Source: Neophaeotheca triangularis
Lineage: Eukaryota
Assembly (NCBI GenBank): GCA_054600435.1
Contig: BAAIJX010000005.1
Span: 682,001-746,000 of the forward strand
Length of the DNA stretch: 64,000 nucleotides
Direction of reading: 5' to 3'
The position numbers and the translations under genes were made by a program. Positions 1 through 10,666 of the stretch are shown piece by piece. Every line of letters begins with the position of its first letter. Positions within the stretch are counted from its first letter, which is position 1. The notes beneath the pieces are model-generated. The model worked only from the letters and a program-made list of their open reading frames with translations. It searched no databases and was not told the origin of the DNA.

Positions 1-816
1 CATTTCGCCTACAAAGGCCCAGCGGTTGATGCGTTCGAGTTGCGAGGCGGCTTCGGGGGAGGGCTGGTCGGGGTGCGGGCCGCTGAGGGCGCGGGCTTGC
101 AGGAGAAGGGCGCTGGCGATGCAGACGGAGATGCTGGCGCTGCTGCCGAGGCCAGCGCCGATGGGGATTGTCGAGCGGAGGGTGTAGATGCAGGCGGGGG
201 AGGAGGGGGAGCCGAGGGAGCAGAAGAGGTAGAGGAAGGTTGAGGCGGCGGCTTGATGGATTTTGCGCTTTTCCGGGGGGAGGTGGGTGCTGATGGGAGT
301 GATGTGGGGTTGGAGGGCGGAGACGAGGTCTGGGTCGAGGGAGGTGACGAGGTCGTAGTACTTTTTGCGGCGCGAGGGGTGTGTGAAGCAGTCCCAAGGG
401 AGCGAGGGGATGGACCAGGTGTGCGAAAGACCTATGTCGGAGAAGTTGAGCGTGACGGTTCGTTGCGATTTGGAGAGAGTGGTGCAGAGGAGGTAGGAGC
501 GGAGGGAGATGGCCGCCGCCATGGCGGCTTTGCCGTGCACGACGGCATGTTCGCCATAGACTATGACTTTTCCCGGGGCGGAGACGATGAAGGGGGGTGC
601 GAGCGGGTTGGAGAGTTTGCGGTCGTGGGCCGGACGGTGTGGGATGGATGTGGATGTGGATGTGCTGGTCGGGGTGGAATCGTCTTCGTTGCTGCTGCTG
701 CTGGTCGAGTCCGACCTGTGTACTCCGCCTCCTCCTCCTCCCCCTCCTCCATTGGTATGTTTCATCTCGCCATTGACCCTACCACCATCGACCGAATTGG
801 CACGCGTGCTGCTCAT
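1..816 (-). CDS. ERG12: Mevalonate kinase (GHMP kinase), 5' part; continues beyond the left window edge
   Basis: The minus-strand frame from ATG 816 is open to position 1. It encodes SAPGKVIVYGEHAVVHGKAA and the GHMP ATP-binding motif PIGAGLGSSAS, and ends ...INRWAFVGEM. It is missing from the ORF track because there is no stop inside the window. Confidence 0.93.
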   Translation of the reverse strand, partial: MSSTRANSVDGGRVNGEMKHTNGGGGGGGGGVHRSDSTSSSSNEDDSTPTSTSTSTSIPHRPAHDRKLSNPLAPPFIVSAPGKVIVYGEHAVVHGKAAMAAAISLRSYLLCTTLSKSQRTVTLNFSDIGLSHTWSIPSLPWDCFTHPSRRKKYYDLVTSLDPDLVSALQPHITPISTHLPPEKRKIHQAAASTFLYLFCSLGSPSSPACIYTLRSTIPIGAGLGSSASISVCIASALLLQARALSGPHPDQPSPEAASQLERINRWAFVGEM

Positions 817-1806
817 GATTGCTTTCTGATCTACCGTGACCACCTTGTGATCTCTCTTTATATATCTCTTATCTCTTATCTCTTATCTCTCCACGCGCAT
901 CGAGTCTTTCGAGTCCACCTGCACTTGGTCGTCTCCGGCTCGAGAAGGCCAGCGAAAAGAGGAGAGGGTTCTTGGTGCATGTCCATGTTTGGCGCAATCG
1001 TTCGATTTTCTTTGTCTCTCCGAATGCGCCTCGATGGCCCGGCTTGCGTCAGTTTACTAGTTTAGTCGCTTCTGCCAGGGGCAACCGGGAAAACCTGGGG
1101 TGCGTCGATGTTCTCCATCTTGATTGGCTGTGGGTGATTTGCAGCTAGCAGCCGGCTGGGGATTGACGTCTCTCCGACAGGCTGGAGTGCAGGTTGAGAG
1201 GAAGGGGATGAAGAAGTCGTTTTCTCACGATTCTCGGGTGTGAAGAGAGCATGCTGTAGACTTGTAACGAAAACCCGGAATTCCAAAGAAAAAACACCTG
1301 ACAAAAACGAGCCGTTCTCCTCTACCGTTGTGAACACCTGCCAAGTCAAGCCCCTACATACTTGGACACAAGACTAGAAGAGCTATCATCAGCCAAAGCC
1401 GTTCTATACTATGGGAAAAGCCCCGCCTATAGTCTCCTCGCAAAAAGGGGGTTGTAGCCCGCCAAAGACGCAGCTGCTCCTGCTCCCCCCTTCTCTCTCA
1501 CTTCCACGTCACGTCCTGTTTGACGTCCGATGTAAGATACCCATTTGTCCCGAATTCTTCCGCACATGCGACTCATTCCATTCATGAAGAAAAAGAAAAA
1601 GGCTCCCACACCATACAAACATCGTCAACCCACCACGTTTGCTTCCCAATCCCACAAGCCCGCCTCGCTTTCCCCAAAACCCAATTTTCCCCAAAACCCA
1701 ATTGGCCCTACTACAAGCCATGGCAAATCTGGCACAGCAAGAGGCGAGCCAGAGTCGTCAGCCTCCAGCCCCTCCACCAGCAGCCTCCACAGACTGATAC
1801 AAAACT

Positions 1807-3341
1807 TCAGAGATCGTCATCATCAGCATTCTCGTTCTTATTGTCACGACGAATCGGGATTTTGATGCCTTGCTGCGCGAACTTTTTGCTCAACGGTGTG
1901 CTCTCAATCACTCCGGGGAACTTCTTGGCGCTGAAGACCTGGAATTTGTCGCTGAAACACGAGGCGAGGACGCGGGCTTTGCCCTTGTTGAGACCGCCGT
2001 TGCTCGAGGGATTGATGCCCGTGCCTACGTCTATAAAGTTCATTTTGAGGCTGGGACGAGATATTAGTGGGAAACTCTTTGGTTTTTGAGGAGACACAGG
2101 AATAGTGTGGAGACTCACCGGAACCAACCCTCGGTCCGTACCGACAGATCTTGCAGCACGAACCAGAATCCCGGTTGGTCTCGCGTGTCGTCTAGCTTAG
2201 AAGCGTTCACGGTGAGACTTCCGATGAGATTGCGTGAAAACATGGCCGCCGAATGCTGTGCCACGGGCATGGGGTATTGCTGTTGTGGCATGTACATTTG
2301 CCCGTTGAAATTCATAGGCGCGCCGTATGGATTGCCTCCCATTTGCTGCATTTGCCCATACTGGTTGGGGTGGTGCAGTGGTGCCATGAATGATTGCCCA
2401 GTGGCTGGGTCTTGATAGTAGCCCATGGGTGTGCCGTACTGATCTACCAGCGGTCGCTCGGGGGGAGGCGGGTACGAAGTCGTGGTGGCGGTTGAGATGG
2501 AAACTGCTGGGGAAGAGGTCGAGGAACGAACCAGGTTCACTTCCTGGCCGGCCTTTTCGTCCCAGAGATCCACAGAGAGCACGAAAAAGGAGCTATCGAT
2601 TTCCGAGACGTCCACCTCGTTGCCAGTTCCTATTTCTGTGATGATGAGTCTAACGCACGGTGGTGGTGTTACCGGTCTGCGGTCTTTGTCGCCGAAACCG
2701 CACATTCTCGCCCGCTGCGGCTGTTGCTCGCATATCAGACGGTATTGGTAGTTACCATTAATGCCACTGAATGGGGCGGTTCGGTCGAGTGCCGGCGCGC
2801 TGGGCTGAACGCTAGGGCCACCTGATGGCGGCGGAGCCAGTGTCTGCTGTGACATGGCTTGTTGCTCGTTCCACTGCGGCTGCGAAGGCGCACTCGAGCT
2901 GACTGGAGGGTATTGTGATTGGGAGTATGGGGATTGCTGCATCTGTCCTTGCGGCAGCGCGGAGTTCATACCGGAGTATACGGGTGGCAGTTGCACCGGT
3001 TGGTGCATTTGAGGCTGGCCATACTGCTGCTGCTGTTGTTGCTGCTGATGCCTCTGGTAGTGCTGCGGATTCTGCTGGTGGAGGGGCCGAGGGTCGGCTG
3101 GTGGTTGGACAGGCGGTCCTACGTAGTGGGGATAGTGTCCTTGGTCTGATTGCTCGTACTGTTGTCCTTGCTGCTGCTGCTGCGGCGGCGGCGCCTGCTG
3201 CTGTTGCTGGTAATACGGATTCATGTCTTTGCCGCTCGTCGTAGTATATGGATGTGTGGAATGAAGAGCGGCGTTACTGTTGCCGCTCAGCTGCAAAGGT
3301 TGAGAGGATGTTGGGTGGGTGTGGTACAAGTGCTGGGTCAT
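1807..3341 (-). CDS. velB: Velvet-family regulator VelB; exons 3341-2119 and 2050-1807 (~488 aa)
   Basis: Split velvet domain: QQPQRARMCGFGDKDRRPVTPPPC...SRNLIGSL...WFVLQDLSVRTEGWFR|LKMNF...FQVFSAKKFPGVIESTPLSKKFAQQGIKIPIRRD, with a low-complexity insert between the halves as in VelB. Intron 2051-2118 (GTGAGT...CTAAT...CAG) joins the frames. An alternative start at ATG 3224 is possible. Confidence 0.92.
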
Positions 3342-4327
3342 GTTGCGACTGTCGTCGAGCCTGGCTCTTTCTGATATTCCACCCTACCAAGCAAGTGCTG
3401 TCAAGTCTCCAAAAGAGCAAGGAGCGATGCGATTTTCTATTGTGCAAGGAGCTCTCTCTTGACTTGGCGCGGAGTGTTGCAAAGGAAGGTGGGAAGGTGG
3501 TAGCGATTGTGGCTCTCAAGCTTCAAGTCACCAGAAATCCAGGAATGCGTATTGGATCGTCGTCGAGATACACTCGGCCGGAAGCGTGTAGAAGCAGTCT
3601 TGCCCGCAGACCTCATCGCTGACCACACGCGCGTGCCATGTCTATATTGTCTTGCTTTGGAACAACAAATACGCGAGTCTCGTCGAGTCCCAGCGAACTG
3701 CCGCAACGCCCAAGTATCGTGATTCCCCTCGAGCTCCTCTCTTGCGAATATTCTCCGGTGGCTTGCGCCCTCTCCGAACTGGTGCGAAGAATTGTCGCAA
3801 TGGATGCGGTGTGGGCGGACGCCGTGGCAGTGATGTCGTACACGGATGCGCGATTCTGCAGCAAAGGGTCAACGATCGCTCTCAGCCAACGACGCAATTG
3901 GAGCCATCTGTCTGCACCCGGCTACCTACATTCGAACCTGACAATCTCCCTGGGTGTGCTGTGACCGGTACTCTTTTTGATGCCCGACTCCCAAGGCCAC
4001 GGCAGACGCAAGCTCCCCGTCGATCAGCTTTCCAGGATCTGGGTCAAACGTCTGAAATCTCGATTCGATGCGACGCGAGAAGGGTGCTGCAGCGCGCTGG
4101 GGGCTCTGCGCAGAATGTTGGTGATGTGTTTAGCGACAACAACGACCCGAGAGAGCGGTACCGTGCAAGGGCACAGGGCGAGGGGAGGGCGGCTCGTAGG
4201 CGGGAGAAGTGGTAGGGACAGGTAAGGTACGAGACGACGAGTAGTGAGCTGTCAGTCGAGCGTGCAGAGTGCAGAGTACAGATAGATTACGGAGCTGGCA
4301 TGCAAGACGCACAACAGTCGCAGCTGT

Positions 4328-4376
4328 GTAGTAGTAGAATAGTAGTAGTAGTAGTAGTAGAAGTAGTAGTGGTAGT
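4328..4376. repeat. Imperfect (GTA)n microsatellite
   Basis: Directly visible gtagtagta... run. Confidence 0.9.
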
Positions 4377-4399
4377 GATAGACAAGGTACTCGGTGGGT

Positions 4400-4425
4400 A
4401 CTAGGGACTAGGGACTAGGGACTAG
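4400..4425. repeat. (ACTAGGG)x3.7 heptamer tandem repeat
   Basis: actagggactagggactagggactag. Confidence 0.85.
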
Positions 4426-4902
4426 AGTAGCAGGTAGTACGATTGTCCGTCTGTATATATTACTACTGTTATTGCGAACCCAACAACTTTTACAAGGCCA
4501 TGACCAGTCTTACGGCCACGGGGGCACGGGTGTCTGGTGTCTACTGTTGTGTCTACTTCTGGATCATGATTATTCCACTCCATCATCATTTCGGAGGTCC
4601 CACTACAACTGTGAGTGATGGCAAAGGCACTGGCGCATATTTAGTGAGGTACGCTTCTAGCTCCAGTAAGATCGATTCAACTGACGCAAACAACAAAACG
4701 GCCGACTAGACTGGGCCAAGTTGCCAACCTACCACGACTGCGGGACAAATAGGATCGAGCAGCGCGCTTCCGGGGTGGGCGCGATATTCGATGGGGATCG
4801 GCAAGAAAGGTCTAGTAGTTTACTTCTTAACTTAATGTTATTACTTATATAAGTTTATTAGGGCTAAGTTAGGAGGTAGGGGCCGGCCTCCACTAATCAA
4901 GG

Positions 4903-4944
4903 TACTACTACTACTACTACTATTACTACTACTACTACTACTAC
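4903..4944. repeat. (TAC)n microsatellite
   Basis: About 14 TAC units with one interruption. Confidence 0.9.
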
Positions 4945-7334
4945 CATTCTATCATACTAGTCAATGCTACCTACTATTGCAACAAGGCACCCTGCATATC
5001 TACCTATCTGCAATAATGCATTCGACTACTGTTCTAGCAGGAGACTGGAATCAGCCTGGCAATCGATTAGAGCTTTACCGAGAGTACCTTAAAAGTGCTA
5101 GGTAGTATTGTACCTTGGGTAACTCTCTAGGAGGTATCTCATCAACTGCTATCCTGTCTTGTCTGCCACGGAAACTACCTCCTAGGACTTGTCTTGAATT
5201 TTATTGTTGGGTGCGTGATCCGTCTCTCAACTCCCAACATGGCAGGGCAAGACGGCAGGTGATGCGTGAGAATCGATTCTTGAGAGCAGATGGGGAATTG
5301 TCCGAGCTGGCTCCACGCTCCGTCCGGCGGCCTCGTAACTTTTACTTGTTGTTCTCTCGCTAGCAGTCGATGATATCCTCTGAATATTATTGATCGATGA
5401 TCCGGACTGGAGTACATACTCTCGACCCAAGATCTGCTCAACCCGAGTCTAAATCAACGCTACCAGGTCCAGTTCTGCGGCGCTGGGAAGCTGTCAAAAC
5501 ACGGCGTCGGTTCTCTAGAGCAAGCCAAATCGTCCCAATCCGGCCATTTGCAGCTGTCTGGAGCCCTCATTGGCAGGTTGAGCAGTGGTTACGGCCAGCT
5601 TGGTGTCTCGCGCGAATCCTCGGTCTCTAGCCAGCGAACCATTTTTACTATTTCTCACTATTGTCTAGGCTCTCGTGTTGAATCTTTGATGGCTTGATTC
5701 GGCAAAGCATCGCTCTCCAATGGTAGTAATAGTAGTGCCTGGCGCCGTCGCTACGTCTTGTCATTACCGCCTTGCATGCCTTAAGTTTGCCAGACATGTT
5801 CGTCACCCTCGCTATGCTACCTACCTACTAGTATGCTCGTTCCCAAGCTGGCTGGTACGGTAGAACACGTTCGTACCATCACCGCGACCCGTTCACCACA
5901 ACCGCAGTAGGCTCGAGCCTCGCGAGCCGCTCCTTCAGCCCGCTCTCTCAGCCTTAGCCGTTTCATGTACAGCACTACCTACATTGGACGCACCATGGCT
6001 TGTATCAGTACCTAGTCCTGTGCAACGCCATCAACATGCTTGAAACCATACTTTGCGTCGCGTGGACGCATTCGACGCTGCCTCTTACACGAATGGCTGC
6101 AGGATCTGACAACAGACGTGAACGGCCGCCTGAATAGTCTTTCCGCAAAGACAAGTACACGAGAGATGTTTTGTCTTGAATACCAGGGAACAAAGGTGCT
6201 CCCAATAGACCAGCTACGGTGAACTGTAATATCCCTAGAGAGAGCGATTGCTCTAGTCGTGCCCATCTTTTCCCACGGCTGTGAAGAACGGCCTCGGAAC
6301 TAAACTAAAACCCAACCAAGAGACGCTCCAACTAGTATAAATGAAAAGACTGGAAGTACACGAGCGAACTAGCCCAACGAACAATGACCCACCATACGGC
6401 AGAACATCCAAGAAACAGCCTCACCGATACGCGCTGCCAGCATATCCGGAATGGGACCACCGTTAGCTCAAGCGTCACTCTCCAAGAGGCGTTCATGTAC
6501 GCAGTCGTACCGCCACAGCTCAAGGTGGACTCCTGGGAGCATTGCGCCATGTTCACAACCGACATCGTCTACCGCAAGGGCGCGGCATTACGGTCCGCTA
6601 CTGGTAGAACACTGGTCACGGTTCTCCAGCTGAGAATGATGGAGCCGAAATCTACACGGTAGAGCTGCGAGGCTTTTCAATCCTCTCCCATATCGCCAGA
6701 TTCGGACACAGGAGAGCTCGGTGCACACAGGAGGGTTCCGTCTTGGGGGGAGATTCGCAATATTGAATGGCGCATCCCGACTTGTCCTCATTATTAGGCG
6801 TTTAAAGAGCGCCTACTGGGGTCGTTAAGACGCAGAGCGTTGCAACTTTCCAAGAGCAATGTGCTAATGATGGTGTGTAAAGTTTCGTTCTGCAACTTCA
6901 TTGCCCTCTTCATTCGGATCTCGTGGTTGCCTCTTCTCCACTTGCCGACCAACTTCTGGTAGAAACATGTTTCTTTCCTTTCTCGGCTGTTTCTCAATTG
7001 ACCCCGCTCATATACCTCCTACATATCTGGGAGCGAAGAACTGAGTACAATATATTTGTGGTACACAACGTTATATAGCAAAAATCTCCGAGTCGCTCCT
7101 CTTCGAAGGACAAGCGCGGCAACATCCTCTTCCCATAGAGTTCCTGCAGCCTTGCGGTAGCTTGTGACCACTTGTCCGGCGATGGCTTGTCTGTTGTTGC
7201 AGTGATCGTCTCGTGCCTGGGATATCATTTCTCCAGAGCCTTCAGCCTTTGTACATTTGCGGCTCTCTAATGATCTCGGGAAATGCAGGCGGAGGAGAGT
7301 GGTCAAGAGACACTACAAACATTCAGCATAAGCA

Positions 7335-7745
7335 CGGTGCCTCGCTCGAAGCACAACGAAGCACCCTCCCTCCCAAGTCAAGCCTCGTGTATACATCACT
7401 ATCTGCCAGGATGCGTCTAGCTAAAGGGCAACTCCCTGGCCGCTCTCACCGACGACCAAGCCATCCTCCACAACCCTTGCGAGCCGCTTTGTGGCGGAGG
7501 TGACTTTTCGTAATTCAAGGCCGTCTTCCCTGCGTACGCTGCGCGCTTTGCAACTCGCCTGCCCGAAAGAGAGGTTCAAGGCTTTTCTCGACGCCGACGC
7601 CGACGCGATCTGGGCGCGGGATAGGATTGCTACCGCTGGCGGGGCTGAGTTGAGTCTGCTCTGGTCCGGGCCGTTTGTCGCGCCTGCCAATGCGAGTACG
7701 CAGACGTCGGCCCTGGATGTGCTGGTGGCTGCTTTGGCTACTTGA
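7335..7745 (+). pseudogene. Degenerate C-terminal fragment of a glycoside hydrolase family 76 (alpha-1,6-mannanase-like) gene
   Basis: Reads LTDDQAILHNPCEPLCGGGDFS*FKAVF, then after a +1 shift at 7528-7530 LRTLRALQLACP...FKAFLDADADAIWARDR...LSLLWSGPFVAPANASTQTSALDVLVAA. This resembles the GH76 C-terminus (L.D.CE...C..D..QFKGIF.RNL...SIW..DR...WSGP...ASTQSSA.DALVAA). There is an in-frame TAA at 7511-7513, and I found no N-terminal catalytic DD motif. Confidence 0.72.
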
Positions 7746-8532
7746 GAGCGAGAGAGACAGAGAGAGAGCGTTGGTGGTTTGGTCGATACCTAGAGACCGA
7801 CGGACGTGGATATGTGAGATGTGTATGTGCGTGGATACTACTGGTATTGTGGTGTTTGGGGAGAATGGAAGGGGTTTGCGGATATAAGACGTGTAGAGGG
7901 GTGTTGACTTGTTAAAACGAGTCGGTGTTCAGTTCGCAATGGAGGCGGCAGGCCAGGAGGCGTCGGGTTTGCTGATACGTTAGGTAGGTAGCAGTAGTAC
8001 ATACATGTGCTTTTCAACCTCGGGTGGCTTGACCATGTCCCAAGGTAGTTATCAGTAATAATAATAATACCTTGATACCTACCTCCTGACGAAGCCGATG
8101 ATTGATGATGACAAGTTATTTTACACAGCACATGGCCGAGGCGTTTTCAGCAGAAAAGATGCACAGGTGTATCATGTCTTCTCTCTCTCTCCACTTTGTT
8201 GGCCACCTTGAGAGGGGCTGCGGAGGAGGCGGTTTCCAAGCAGCCAATCAACTTGCGCCTACCTTTTGTAACTTGACCGAGGCATCCCACAAACTTACGA
8301 CTTCACCTCTCGATTGCGGGCGGTGTTTGGGTTCATCGCCTGCAGTCACGTTTGTTCGGAATGATAAGTTAAGATACTGACCTAGTTCTACCTCCTATCA
8401 GCTCGTCCTTTTCCTCATCTTTCTCCTTGTCCTTGGGCTTTCGCTTTTGTTATAGAAACATCAAAACACCACATCCGACTTCGCTACCGTCATTGAGAGC
8501 ATTCTCCTTCCCTTCGCTACTACCTAACAATA

Positions 8533-10002
8533 ATGGCCAAAGCAGACGAGAGTTACGATGTTGTCATCGTCGGCGCAGGCATCTCGGGTATCAATTTCGC
8601 CTACCGATTGCAGGAGCGGAACCCCAACCTCACATACACCATTCTCGAGAACCGCCACGAGATGGGTGGCACTTGGTCTTTGTTCAAGTACCCGGGAATT
8701 CGATCCGACTCTGATCTGTACACTTTCGGATTTCCATGGCGACCGTGGAACAAGCAAAATTCCATCGCGTCCGGCGAGTCCATCATCAAGTATCTCAAGG
8801 AAAGCGCGGCCATGTACGGTATCGACAAGAAAATCGAGTACCACCACAAAGTCGAAGCCTCCAACTGGTCAACCGACGACAAGGCCTGGATGCTCGATGT
8901 AACTGCCAACGGATCGACGAAGAAGAAGATTCGCGGTCGTTTCATGATCATGGCCACTGGGTATTACAACTACGGCGAACCGCTCAAGACTACTATCCCC
9001 GGCATCGACGACTTTGGAGGCCAGAAGATCCACCCGCAGTTCTGGCCGGAAGACCTCGACTACACTGGCAAGAACGTCGTAATCGTCGGGTCCGGCGCAA
9101 CCGCAGTCACCCTCCTTCCCAGCATGGCCGACAAAGCCTCGCACGTAACGATGCTCCAACGCTCACCCTCCTACCTCCTCTCCCAACCAGCTGAAGACGG
9201 TATGGAAAAGTTCATTCGGCGATGGTTTCCTCTCTCCATCTCTCACCGCCTCATCCGTATGAAATGGCTGCTTCTCCCCTTTCTTTTTGTAAACTTCTGC
9301 CGCCACTTCCCCAACGCCAGCCGAAACTTCATCATGAAAGCCACTATCCCACAACTCCCCGACTCCACCGCCTACGATCCAACTTTCAAACCCAAATATA
9401 ACCCCTTTGAGCAACGCGTCTGCTTCTGCCCCGACGGCGACTTCTACCAATCCCTGCGCGAAGGCAAATCGAGCGTGGAAACCGGCACCATCGAAACCGT
9501 CACCAAGAACTCCATCAAACTCACCAACGGCAAAGAACTGCACCCAGACATTATCGTCACAGCGACGGGCTTGCAAATCCAACTCGCAGGCGGCATGAAA
9601 CTCTCAACCGACAACGTCCCCTATAACATCCCGGACAAGTACTTCTGGAAAGGAGTCATGCTGCAAGACCTCCCCAATTGCGCTTTCGTAATCGGCTACG
9701 TCGACGCCAGCTGGACTCTGGGTGCCGACGCCACGGCCCAACTCATCAACCGCATGCTGGGCCAAATGTCGCGGGAGAATGCTCTGGAAGTGGTACCCCG
9801 TTTGAGTGAGCGCGAGAAACAGAGTATGGGCCAGATGTCCGTGTTGAACTTGACTAGCACGTATGTGCAAAAGGGCGCTAGTATGTTGCCCAAGGCGGGT
9901 GATACGGGCCAGTGGCGGGCGAGGAGGTATTATTTCCAGGATATTTGGCAGGCTTGGTTCGGCGATATCAAGACGGGGACTGAGTGGGTCAGGGGGGTGT
10001 AG
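8533..10002 (+). CDS. FAD/NADPH-dependent Baeyer-Villiger monooxygenase, EthA-like (489 aa, intronless)
   Basis: Two Rossmann motifs (GAGISG, GSGATA), GGTWSLFKYPGIRSDSD, the BVMO fingerprint FGGQKIHPQFWP, ATG motifs and MLQRSP. Confidence 0.92.
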   Translation: MAKADESYDVVIVGAGISGINFAYRLQERNPNLTYTILENRHEMGGTWSLFKYPGIRSDSDLYTFGFPWRPWNKQNSIASGESIIKYLKESAAMYGIDKKIEYHHKVEASNWSTDDKAWMLDVTANGSTKKKIRGRFMIMATGYYNYGEPLKTTIPGIDDFGGQKIHPQFWPEDLDYTGKNVVIVGSGATAVTLLPSMADKASHVTMLQRSPSYLLSQPAEDGMEKFIRRWFPLSISHRLIRMKWLLLPFLFVNFCRHFPNASRNFIMKATIPQLPDSTAYDPTFKPKYNPFEQRVCFCPDGDFYQSLREGKSSVETGTIETVTKNSIKLTNGKELHPDIIVTATGLQIQLAGGMKLSTDNVPYNIPDKYFWKGVMLQDLPNCAFVIGYVDASWTLGADATAQLINRMLGQMSRENALEVVPRLSEREKQSMGQMSVLNLTSTYVQKGASMLPKAGDTGQWRARRYYFQDIWQAWFGDIKTGTEWVRGV

Positions 10003-10666
10003 AGTCTGGGATGCAATAGGAGGAGTGTGGATGAGGATTTTATTTGGTTCTTTGTCGTCGTTTGTGGGGGATTGTTTCTTGATATATCAATAGATTTCTA
10101 CGAACAGATAGATACTCGAGAAGATATGTACCATTTTGGAAATGTCTTCAAGATTTGACTGCTTTGTATCTTTCCAGCATTCTCTCGAGTGTATCAATTT
10201 GCTAGGTATGGATATTTCCTCTTAGGACATGTCATCGTATTCGTACCTCATTAGCGTGAGAGAGCGACCAAAGCGGGCCGAAGCTTCCTCCACATGGCTT
10301 TTGAGATTCGATGGACCCCCACCACCACATGTCTCTCCCCTACGTCCCTACTCCCCTACCTCCTACTGTACCACGTACACCGGACGCTAGGACTTGTGAA
10401 CACAACACGCGACAAGCTACCTCGTCTTCCTGGGCTGTCATATTTCCCATTTTCCCTCCAAGGCATCGCGCCTCGGCCGAGTACACCATCGAACTACCCT
10501 TCAGCTGCCGAAGCATGCGATAGCAGCCGATGAGATGAGGCAGAACAATACAAGATCTGACCTTTGGGAAAAGACTCGCGGCACAGACATAAGAGGGGAC
10601 AGAGGGCTGTAGCCGCAGCAACAACAAAATCACAACAAGAGCAGGGGACCAATCCAAACCGACATC

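Noticed and set aside
40..1065. Plus-strand ORFs 40-243 and 253-1065
   Set aside because: Antisense to mevalonate kinase, which has clear GHMP motifs on the minus strand.
1807..3341. Calling the velvet gene veA or vosA
   Set aside because: The velvet domain is split by an insert and ends at the C-terminus (GIKIPIRRD plus a short acidic tail), which is the VelB pattern.
6794..7306. Minus-strand short ORFs as a decayed gene
   Set aside because: Vaguely protein-like, but I cannot assign a family or a consistent frame without a search.
8533..10002. BVMO as part of a secondary-metabolite cluster
   Set aside because: No PKS, NRPS, terpene synthase or other tailoring genes nearby in the window.
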